The notes beneath the pieces were generated by a model. That model worked only from the letters and a program-made list of their open reading frames with translations, was not told the origin of the DNA and did no database searches. The position numbers and the translations under genes were made by a program. DNA of 64,000 nucleotides, taken from contig JAZQOV010000011.1 of assembly GCA_045628045.1 (NCBI GenBank), positions 68,912 to 132,911 of the forward strand. The letters are read 5' to 3'. Below, piece after piece: positions 10,101 to 16,217 of the stretch. Position 1 is the stretch's first letter; each line of letters starts with the position of its first letter. This DNA is from Bacilli bacterium. Its GTDB lineage: Bacteria; Bacillota_I; Bacilli_A; RFN20; CAG-826.

Positions 10101-12723
10101 TAATGATACAGTTCAATTAAAACTTGGTGGTACTACTGATAAATGGACATTTGCCAATTCAGATGGTGATTTATTAGGTGCTACTGCAGTAAAGAAACTT
10201 GCATGGGGCAGCGGCACAACAACTTGGAAGATTACATTCTCTGGAAATGATTGTAACTTAACAAATACATCATCAAGTTATGGAAGCATGTCATATAACT
10301 CAAGCAGTCCAAGATTTACTACATATAGTGCAACACAAACTGCAATTCAACTTTATACTCTAACTGGTGGTGCAACTCCAACTCCAGAACCAACATTAGA
10401 ATCAATTAAGGTTGATTCAAGTTCTCATAGAACATTCACCGTAGGTGATACTTTCGCTAAAGAAACCATTATGGCTGTTTATTCAGACGGTAATGAAGTT
10501 GATGTTACAAGCGAAGCAGCATTCTCTGGTTACAACATGAATTCTGCAGGAACTCAAACAGTCTCAGTTTCATATGGCGGAAAATCAACTTCATATCAAA
10601 TTACTGTTAATGCAAAAGTTGTAACATTAACAAGCATTACTGTTTCTGAAAATCATAGAACATTTAATGTAGGCGATACTTTCGTTGGAGAAACTGTCAC
10701 TGCTTACTATAGCGACGGATCTCATAAAGAAGTAAATGCAACATTCTCTGGTTATGACATGAGCACTGCTGGTACATATACCGTAAGTGTTTCATACACT
10801 GAAGGTGGAATCACAAAAGACACATCTTATACAATTACAGTTAAATCTTCAGGATCTGGTGGTGGCGGAGCATCAGGAACACATACAATTTTATCTTCCG
10901 ATGTGCCAACTTCATATGAAACAGATGGTGAAAAAACTGTAGATGATATCACATATGTGTTTAATCAAGTTGCTAATTCATATACACCTGGTTATATGCA
11001 ATGTAAGAAGAGCGTTTCTTATATTTACAACAAAACCGCTATTGCCGGTTTAAAGTCTATTAGTATTAATACAAGTAGCAAATCTTGGGGTGGCTCAGTT
11101 TATTATGGAACTAGTGAAGAACCATCTGCAAATAAAGCAACTTTAAGTGGTGGAAAATATTCCATTCCTTCTGGAAACTCATATTTTAATATTGTTACAA
11201 ATGGATCAACTGGTTATATTGAATCAATTGATATTGAATACTCAACAACTCCTGTTAATCCAACAGCTATTTCAATAAGTGGTGAAAATGAATTAACTCC
11301 AGGTTCAAGTACACAATTATCGCTTTCATTTAGCCCAAGCAACTGCAATGTTAAAGATGTTACTTGGTCTTCAAATAATACTTCAATCACAGTTGATCAA
11401 ACTGGAAAAGTTACAGTTTCAAGTACCGCTAAAGTTGGTGCTACTGCAACTATTACAGCAACTTCAAGAGAAGTTGGAACAGTAAAAGGAACATTCACTA
11501 TTACTGTTGTAGATAAACCGGTTGTTCAAAAAGATGCGTGGACAATGCTCATTTATATGTGCGGTGCTGATTTGGAGAGTGGGTATGCATCCAATAATGA
11601 TGGCTGCGCAACAGATGACTTAAAAGAGATCTATTCTTTGAGGAATAGTTTGCCTGACGATGTGAACATCGTTGTTCAAGCCGGCGGCGCTAAGGCTTGG
11701 TCATCTGAATATTCTTCCGTTATTAGCAAGGATAAAAGAAATAGATTCCACCTTACAAAATCTGGTTATGTAAAGGATTCACAAGATAGTAGAGTTAATA
11801 TGGGGTCAGAATCTTCTTTGGAAGACTTTGTTGAGTGGGGTTTAGAAACTTACCCGGCCGAAAAGGTTGGATTGGTTTTCTGGGATCACGGTAGTGCTAT
11901 GGGAGGTTGCTGTTTTGATGAACAATATAGCAGTGATGGACTTACTCCAGCTGAAGTAGCATCAGCAGTGCCAACAGCAATTTCAAAATCTGGATACAAT
12001 CAAAATCTCGAGTTTATTGGATATGACTGCTGCTTGATGTCTATACAAGACATTGCCGGATTAAATGCTCAATATGCAAATTATATGATTGCTTCGCAAG
12101 AATCTGAATGGGGTTATGGTTGGTCATATGATAAATTTGTTGATAATTTAATGAGTAAGAAATCAACAACCACGATTCTAAAGGCTTGCGTTGATGGTTT
12201 CTCTCAAGATACAACTTCTTCCTATAATAACTGGGGTGATCCAAATGATCAAACCTTAGCGTATTACAACTTACAAAATTGGGCTGCATACGAAAATGCT
12301 TGGGAAGATTTTGCTGACTACTTAAGCACTAGCGTTATTAAATCGTCTAGCAACTGGACTACATTTACCAAAGTGGTAAACCAAGCTCAAAAATACGGGT
12401 ATGATAGTGATTCAAATTATCAAAAGTATAATGGAGGTTATTGCTATGATATTTTCGATGTTAAGGATTTCCTTAACAAGATTAAATCTAGCAACGATTA
12501 TAAGAATAATAGTTCACTAATGACCAAGGTATCTACAATTGAAACAGCATACACTGGGTTAGGTATTTATAGTAAGTGTGGGTCTGCCGCTGGTAATTCA
12601 AACGGACTATGTTTCTTCTGCCCATTATCTGGTTATAATGAGATAGATGGAGAATATGCCTCAGCAAATACAAGATTTAAAGAATGGCGATCACTTTGCG
12701 TTGAATACGGTAAATGGTATTAA
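7180..12723 (+). CDS. giant surface protein: Big_2 domains, Ig-like repeats, shared DUF-like domains, C-terminal clostripain-like (peptidase C11) domain
   Basis: Signal peptide MEKKHKIFSSIGISAIALFSLVIA. Several Big_2-like segments (…VTFDKSSLRLKPSEDYTLTATVLPE…, …VTGITVSPTNVDVNVNSTTTLTATIAP…). Repeats like those of the preceding gene (SIKVDSSSHRTFTVGDTF…YQITV). The C-terminal ~400 aa contain WTMLIYMCGADLE…, WDHGSAMGG (His) and FIGYDCCLMS (Cys), the clostripain family signature. Confidence 0.75.
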   Translation: MEKKHKIFSSIGISAIALFSLVIAERGIDGSFLSAKFRNVSQYGLSLNSSNSFAGGSGTKVVYTNGSNPVTFSYTSCSSLSGGHVKINENGTIANEDHIRSITGVTPVFTCSSEATSFEFRASYDKETWGQWGSLASGKTRQFESGPYYFEFKAINGAVNLTSLNFEYSCERNWTVEPEGEDSGTKEFVKVASALDDYAGTYLIVCESEGVAFDGSLTKSTSTAISASGNKFAVTITDGKIAYTDDIANKVFEITDDGEDSSGNMTYQITSHSGYKITNTADSNSMSVLDVDDDTDYYNWIGFCDNDGSDNDFYIKGSGGSYLRYNSSNTQFRYYKSSTYKGQAEVFLYKLSNGSVPIGIPEYEAKLQITDNNSDNYIYGHSLSESFGTEDFKASVLMSNGTETAIDPSQLTIDIEKGGAHYASNTALNSEGTYNVTISYGELAPVKYQITVSKIAVASVTFDKSSLRLKPSEDYTLTATVLPETAFDKSLTWTSTNNSVATVSTSGKVTAVADGTATIKATANNGIYASCEVTVASAGLVDPGMQAAYEAAIALSNSSESNSSYEFTGVVVGTRTSGSNKDVYVQSGDYALDVYNSGKTMAYKDEVTVKSTLTKYSGIPETKTIKSFTNNGQSVLPQANVINSASDLADAKINTLLNASGTIKTLSASGSSITGSNDVTITLTTSNGDIAVFAKKNSYSGIKTTLQGFKVGDIMNIENGIRGIYNTTDQVLLVSESVVTKGTPVHVDVTGITVSPTNVDVNVNSTTTLTATIAPANASNKGVVWSSSNSNVASVNQNGVVSGHIAGQSATIYAKSAENNSISASCTVNVKAISVQSVSLDQNTATIAIGEELTLTHTISPSTASNQNVTWSSNDQSVATVSNGVVSALAEGEATITVKTDDGNHTASCVVTVTEKSAVKEWVLVTTASQLIKDNLYVIACNSKGTTAGDISSSIMASLGSTFSNDKSKITTLNNDTVQLKLGGTTDKWTFANSDGDLLGATAVKKLAWGSGTTTWKITFSGNDCNLTNTSSSYGSMSYNSSSPRFTTYSATQTAIQLYTLTGGATPTPEPTLESIKVDSSSHRTFTVGDTFAKETIMAVYSDGNEVDVTSEAAFSGYNMNSAGTQTVSVSYGGKSTSYQITVNAKVVTLTSITVSENHRTFNVGDTFVGETVTAYYSDGSHKEVNATFSGYDMSTAGTYTVSVSYTEGGITKDTSYTITVKSSGSGGGGASGTHTILSSDVPTSYETDGEKTVDDITYVFNQVANSYTPGYMQCKKSVSYIYNKTAIAGLKSISINTSSKSWGGSVYYGTSEEPSANKATLSGGKYSIPSGNSYFNIVTNGSTGYIESIDIEYSTTPVNPTAISISGENELTPGSSTQLSLSFSPSNCNVKDVTWSSNNTSITVDQTGKVTVSSTAKVGATATITATSREVGTVKGTFTITVVDKPVVQKDAWTMLIYMCGADLESGYASNNDGCATDDLKEIYSLRNSLPDDVNIVVQAGGAKAWSSEYSSVISKDKRNRFHLTKSGYVKDSQDSRVNMGSESSLEDFVEWGLETYPAEKVGLVFWDHGSAMGGCCFDEQYSSDGLTPAEVASAVPTAISKSGYNQNLEFIGYDCCLMSIQDIAGLNAQYANYMIASQESEWGYGWSYDKFVDNLMSKKSTTTILKACVDGFSQDTTSSYNNWGDPNDQTLAYYNLQNWAAYENAWEDFADYLSTSVIKSSSNWTTFTKVVNQAQKYGYDSDSNYQKYNGGYCYDIFDVKDFLNKIKSSNDYKNNSSLMTKVSTIETAYTGLGIYSKCGSAAGNSNGLCFFCPLSGYNEIDGEYASANTRFKEWRSLCVEYGKWY

Positions 12724-12757
12724 AAAATGCACAGGAGATAATCCTGTGCATTTTTAT
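12724..12757. terminator. bidirectional intrinsic terminator
   Basis: AAAAA-ATGCACAGG-agataat-CCTGTGCAT-TTTTT lies between convergent genes. Confidence 0.65.
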
Positions 12758-12774
12758 TAATCTAAAATAAATAT

Positions 12775-13311
12775 TTATTTTATCTTATTTAATTTTAATA
12801 ATGGTTTCACTAGAAGCGGAACCACAATGATATAAAGAATTGATGTAGTAATTGTGGTAGCAGCTCTTGTGAAAATTGTTAACCACACTAAACCACTTGG
12901 GTATTCATAAATAAGAGCATCAAGCCAAATAACAAATGAATTAGATAATGTCACAACAAGGCCTGATAAGATAACAACAAAAGCCCAATAAAGTTTGTCT
13001 TTTGTGAGGTCTTTTTTCCTCATCATTAAACCCACAATAAGGGCTCTAAAAACATGAGGTAAAATCCATAATGGAGTTGTGGGAGTTAAACCATATGGAC
13101 CAATGAGTTGATTGAAAAATTCCCCGGAAATCGCCACCAAAACGCCATCAATTGGGCCTCCAATGACAGATGAGAGGATGATTGCAATTCCCTTAAAAGT
13201 GATCTCTTGACCAGGGAATCTAATCGTCACAAAAGATAGTGCAATATAGAGTGCAAGTGATAACCCAAGAAAGGTTAATCTAAATACAGGTTTTTTGTTT
13301 ACTAGCGTCAT
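12775..13311 (-). CDS. small integral membrane protein, ECF-transporter S-component-like
   Basis: 178 aa with about 5-6 TM helices. Size and topology resemble vitamin/queuosine-precursor ECF S components. No specific motif assignable. Confidence 0.45.
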   Translation of the reverse strand: MTLVNKKPVFRLTFLGLSLALYIALSFVTIRFPGQEITFKGIAIILSSVIGGPIDGVLVAISGEFFNQLIGPYGLTPTTPLWILPHVFRALIVGLMMRKKDLTKDKLYWAFVVILSGLVVTLSNSFVIWLDALIYEYPSGLVWLTIFTRAATTITTSILYIIVVPLLVKPLLKLNKIK

Positions 13312-13394
13312 TATTGTGCTTCTTTATTTATGTGAAAAATTATAGCAAACCCATTTAAAAATAAAAGAAGCTCAATAAGTAAGTAAACAAATTT

Positions 13395-13460
13395 CTAACC
13401 CGTGCGCACTTTCAAGGTTAAAGTGTGCGCGTGCGAGGCAAAAATTTTTGCTTTTTTAAG
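13395..13460 (+). promoter_or_regulatory. structured 5' leader upstream of the membrane-protein gene (11-bp hairpin plus AT-rich terminator-like hairpin)
   Basis: GTGCGCACTTT-caaggtt-AAAGTGTGCGC hairpin (13402-13430), followed by GCAAAAATTTTTGC-TTTTTT (13438-13457), about 45 nt before the ATG at 13501. Confidence 0.3.
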
Positions 13461-13500
13461 TAAAAATATTTTGTTAAACTTTGGTAGCGGAGAAAAATTT

Positions 13501-14172
13501 ATGAAAAAATTTAAAACATTATTTACTATCTTATGCCTCGGTGGTCTTTGGGGATTACTTGAAGCTACACTTGGAACCTTACTTCATCTTCCAGTAATTC
13601 ATGAAGTTGTTTTCTTTGGTTCTACAGCAGTTTTACTTCCAATTGCCTATTTAATTACTGGCAGAGCATATAAAGTTACTGGCAGAGCCAGAGCAGCCTT
13701 ATATGTTGGCTTAGTAGCAGCCGCTATTAAATCAGTAACATTTGCATTTGGACTTCCAGTTCAATATGTCATTAACCCAATGGTTTCTATTCTTTTAGAA
13801 TCATCAGTTATGGCTGTTGCATTTAAAGTTAGCAAACCTGCAAATGTTTGTTCACCTAAATCATTCGTTACATTTGTTGTTGCATCTTTAGCATTTAGAG
13901 TCATTTATGTTGGCTATTCAATGGCTACAGCAGAACCATTCGGATCAGCATATTTAGTCGCTGGTTCAGTTATGTGGAATGCCATTATTGACTACGTTAT
14001 TGTTGCTCTTGGAATCTCATGTATTTACGCTGTTATTTACATGCTTGTTGGAACACTCTTAACACGCAAAATATCCGTAAAATCCCTGGAAAAAGTCCAA
14101 CATTTTGCCTATTCTCCAGTATTTTCTATTGTGATGATTGTAACTGCAGTTGTCGCAACAATATTGTTATAA
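13501..14172 (+). CDS. integral membrane protein (about 6 TM), possible substrate-capture/transport component
   Basis: The likely start is MKKFKTLFTILCLGG at 13501; the hairpin leader above sits immediately upstream of it. The track start at 13402 lies inside the structured leader. Hydrophobic throughout. Confidence 0.55.
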   Translation: MKKFKTLFTILCLGGLWGLLEATLGTLLHLPVIHEVVFFGSTAVLLPIAYLITGRAYKVTGRARAALYVGLVAAAIKSVTFAFGLPVQYVINPMVSILLESSVMAVAFKVSKPANVCSPKSFVTFVVASLAFRVIYVGYSMATAEPFGSAYLVAGSVMWNAIIDYVIVALGISCIYAVIYMLVGTLLTRKISVKSLEKVQHFAYSPVFSIVMIVTAVVATILL

Positions 14173-14185
14173 TTTGAATTATATT

Positions 14186-14213
14186 TTGAAATTTATTTTC
14201 GCTGTGTTATATT
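14186..14213 (+). promoter_or_regulatory. promoter of antisense sRNA-1
   Basis: TTGAAA, 16 nt, extended -10 TGtTATATT. Confidence 0.45.
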
Positions 14214-14220
14214 ATTTGTG

Positions 14221-14287
14221 ACGGGTACTGGTTTGTGCACGTAATAAAAGGATGTCAGGTTGCTGCCTGGCATCCTTTCTTCATTTT
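14221..14287 (+). ncRNA. candidate type I antitoxin sRNA-1 (~65 nt)
   Basis: Starts about 7 nt after the -10. Ends at the GGATGTCAGG-ttgctg-CCTGGCATCC hairpin plus TTTCTTCATTTT (14250-14287). The 5' 13 nt (GGGTACTGGTTTG, 14223-14235) are repeated at 14298-14310 inside the convergent mRNA. Confidence 0.45.
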
Positions 14288-14312
14288 AAGCAAAGGCGGG
14301 TACTGGTTTGCG

Positions 14313-14431
14313 CTAGTTGCTATTAAGCATTACGAGTAACACTAGGATAACAACTAGCACCAGAAGGTACTCGATAGCAAGTATCCTCCCTTCTGACCAA
14401 GCACCCGCGGTTGCCCGTAGATCTTGATCAT
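14313..14431 (-). CDS. candidate type I toxin locus 1: leader ORF MIKIYGQPRVLGQKGGYLLSSTFWC (14354-14431) overlapping a conserved hydrophobic frame …IEYLLVLVVILVLLVMLNSN* (14313-14375, -1 frame)
   Basis: GGAGG RBS 5 nt before the ATG. The hydrophobic frame is conserved in all three units with many synonymous changes but has no ATG/GTG/TTG. A conserved AUC codon sits 9 nt after an internal GGAGG. Confidence 0.45.
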
Positions 14432-14453
14432 ACCTGCCTCCATTTAAAACTAT

Positions 14454-14512
14454 CCGATTTTATTAATCGGCGAGCACATTATTTCACAACGTATATTCCT
14501 CTTGTCAAGAGG
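14454..14512 (-). promoter_or_regulatory. toxin-1 promoter (TTGACA, spacer, TGAAATAAT), 15-bp palindrome CCTCTTGWCAAGAGG over the -35, and 5'-UTR hairpin
   Basis: -35 TTGACA at 14503-14508 on the minus strand. Palindrome at 14498-14512. -10 at 14481-14489. UTR hairpin CCGATT-aataa-AATCGG at 14454-14470. Confidence 0.5.
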
Positions 14513-14648
14513 TCAAAAAAGTTACCTATATTAATATAGAAACTAAGATTTACTTATAACTCTAGAACTATACTTATATTAATATTAGGTAAAAAATTTT
14601 TAATTTTTGTTTATATATTGTTTCTAGTACTGGTGAATTGTTTTTTCT

Positions 14649-14676
14649 TTGTAAATAGTTTTGAATGTGTTATATT
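14649..14676 (+). promoter_or_regulatory. promoter of antisense sRNA-2
   Basis: TTGTAA, 16 nt, extended -10 TGtTATATT. Confidence 0.45.
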
Positions 14677-14684
14677 ATAAGCGA

Positions 14685-14749
14685 TAGATACTTAGGCGCT
14701 ATCAAATGAAAAGATATCAGGTTCCAGCCCGATATCTTTTTTTCGTTTT
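14685..14749 (+). ncRNA. candidate type I antitoxin sRNA-2
   Basis: The 5' GATAGATACTTAGGCG (14683-14698) is repeated at 14757-14771. Terminator GATATCAGG-ttccag-CCCGATATC plus T7CGTTTT (14711-14749). Confidence 0.45.
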
Positions 14750-14775
14750 GAACTCGATAGATACTTAGACGTTAG

Positions 14776-14903
14776 TTATTGCTTAGAATTATCTTGAATT
14801 ATTTCAAGTAAAACAAGGACAATAACTAGCATAACCAGATACTGGATGGCATACGCCCTCCTCTCTGACTAAGCACCCATCGAATTCTCTGGATCTTAGC
14901 CAT
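14776..14903 (-). CDS. candidate type I toxin locus 2: leader ORF MAKIQRIRWVLSQRGGRMPSSIWLC (14826-14903) overlapping the hydrophobic frame …AIQYLVMLVIVLVLLEIIQDNSKQ* (ends 14776)
   Basis: Same architecture as unit 1. A frame-3 TAG at leader positions 33-35 limits the hydrophobic frame to downstream of the leader's middle. Confidence 0.45.
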
Positions 14904-14948
14904 ATCTATCTCCTCCAAAACTATCCGATTCTATTAATCGGCGTGCAT

Positions 14949-14983
14949 ATTATTTCACACTGCATATTCCCCTTGTCAAGAGG
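14949..14983 (-). promoter_or_regulatory. toxin-2 promoter with palindromic operator CCCCTTGTCAAGAGG
   Basis: TTGACA -35 inside the palindrome (14969-14983). -10 TGAAATAAT at 14949-14957. UTR hairpin CCGATTaatagAATCGG just downstream. Confidence 0.5.
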
Positions 14984-15119
14984 TCAAAAAAGTTACCTAT
15001 ATTAATATAGAAACTAAGATTTACTTATAACTCTAGAACTATACTTATATTAATATTAGGTAAAAAATTTCTAATTTTTGTTTATGTATTGTTTCTAGTA
15101 CTGGTGAATTGTTTTTTCT

Positions 15120-15147
15120 TTGTTAATACTTGTGAATGTGCTATATT
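15120..15147 (+). promoter_or_regulatory. promoter of antisense sRNA-3
   Basis: TTGTTA, 16 nt, extended -10 TGcTATATT. Confidence 0.45.
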
Positions 15148-15153
15148 ATATTC

Positions 15154-15221
15154 GACAGGTACTTAGTAGACTAGTCAAATGAAAAGATATCAGGTTGCAG
15201 CCCGATATCTTTTTTTCATTT
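15154..15221 (+). ncRNA. candidate type I antitoxin sRNA-3
   Basis: The 5' CAGGTACTTAGTAGACTA (15156-15173) is repeated exactly at 15231-15248. Terminator GATATCAGG-ttgcag-CCCGATATC plus T-run (15186-15221). Confidence 0.45.
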
Positions 15222-15245
15222 AGGACTCAGCAGGTACTTAGTAGA

Positions 15246-15364
15246 CTAATTATCTATCAGCATTAAAAGTAACACCAATATGATAATTAGTACAATAAGG
15301 TATTGGATGTCATAAGACCTCCTCCCTGACTAAGCACCCTTTGAGCTCGTTGGATCTTAGCCAT
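15246..15364 (-). CDS. candidate type I toxin locus 3: leader ORF MAKIQRAQRVLSQGGGLMTSNTLLY (15287-15364) overlapping the hydrophobic frame …DIQYLIVLIIILVLLLMLIDN* (ends 15246)
   Basis: Same architecture. GGAGG RBS. Internal GGAGG-N4-ATG (frame 1) and GGAGG-N9-ATC (hydrophobic frame). Confidence 0.45.
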
Positions 15365-15409
15365 ACCTGCCTCCTGCTAAACTATCCGATTTTTAAAATC
15401 GGCGTGCAT

Positions 15410-15444
15410 ATTATTTCATAGGTTATATTCCCCTTGTCAAGAGG
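15410..15444 (-). promoter_or_regulatory. toxin-3 promoter with palindromic operator CCCCTTGTCAAGAGG
   Basis: -10 TGAAATAAT at 15410-15418. Palindrome with -35 at 15430-15444. UTR hairpin CCGATTTTTAAAAATCGG. Confidence 0.5.
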
Positions 15445-15591
15445 ACTAAAAAGTTACCTTATATTAATATAACTCCATTGGATTTATTTACTAAGTAAAG
15501 ATTTACTATATTAATAATAAGGTAAAAATTTAAAAAATTTGGTTCCTATTATATATTTAGTGCATAAAATCGAACTTTTTCTTTGAAAAGA

Positions 15592-15620
15592 TTGTTTTAA
15601 TGCGCTCGCTCGTGTATGAT
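15592..15620 (+). promoter_or_regulatory. promoter of the purine-catabolism operon
   Basis: TTGTTT, 17 nt, TGtTATGAT. RBS AGGAG precedes the ATG at 15648. Confidence 0.4.
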
Positions 15621-15647
15621 ATTTATGCACATACATAGGAGAACTTA

Positions 15648-16217
15648 ATGGTTGGTATTGTCCTTGCGGGTGGTTATTCATCCCGAGCCAAAGTTAATAA
15701 GCTCCTCCTGGAGGTAGATCGTAAACCTCTTATTCGTCATACAATTGACACTTTGAAACCTTTCTGTAAAAAGGTTTTTGTTGTGACAGGAAAATATCAT
15801 GATGAACTTAGTCAAGTTTTAGATGATGTTGAGATTGTTTGTAACAAAGATTTTGATTTAGGAATGTTTTCTAGCGTGCTTGCAGGAATTAATGCTGCTC
15901 TAGGCGAAGATGTTTTACTTATCCCAGGTGATATTTCTAATGTGGCTAAAACCACTATTGAAGCTTTGCTTTACGGAAATAAAGACATCCGTATTCCTTC
16001 TTATGAAGGAATTACAGGACATCCTGTTTTTATTTCGAAGAAATATGTTGAACTTTTATCTCATGAACCAGTTAGTTCCAGATTATGTGATTTTCTTAAC
16101 GCGCACGAGTGTGCAAAGGAAGTTATCAGTGTAAATGACCCTTTTATCAATTTTGATATTGATACGATTGAGGATTACAACAGATTTATTAATACAAGAA
16201 AGGAAGTTACTTTATGA
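15648..16217 (+). CDS. MobA-like NTP-transferase (molybdenum cofactor cytidylyl/guanylyltransferase family)
   Basis: N-terminal GIVLAGGYSSR…NKLLL motif. Overlaps the next gene by 4 nt, in an operon with the Mo-hydroxylase subunits. Confidence 0.7.
   Translation: MVGIVLAGGYSSRAKVNKLLLEVDRKPLIRHTIDTLKPFCKKVFVVTGKYHDELSQVLDDVEIVCNKDFDLGMFSSVLAGINAALGEDVLLIPGDISNVAKTTIEALLYGNKDIRIPSYEGITGHPVFISKKYVELLSHEPVSSRLCDFLNAHECAKEVISVNDPFINFDIDTIEDYNRFINTRKEVTL

Larger units (their letters stand above)
14200..15520. repeat. three diverged tandem ~465-bp modules (units begin near 14200, 14665, 15135)
   Basis: Each unit repeats the same element order: extended -10 promoter (+), short transcript with internal direct repeat, bidirectional terminator, small minus-strand ORF with GGAGG RBS, 5'-UTR hairpin, TTGACA/-10 promoter with palindromic operator, and an AT-rich spacer with a TATATTAATATA palindrome. 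Confidence 0.85.

Noticed and set aside
14527-14640. A plus-strand promoter-like TTGTCA…TATATT pair in the AT-rich spacers, as a possible extra transcript.
   Set aside because: The 19-nt spacing is poor, and the TTGTCA is simply the reverse half of the minus-strand operator palindrome. No ORF or terminator follows before the next unit's sRNA promoter.
14172-15647. Possible CRISPR array, suggested by the regularly spaced repeats.
   Set aside because: The units are ~465 bp, internally complex (promoters, hairpins, small ORF) and diverged throughout. There are no short identical repeats separated by unique spacers.
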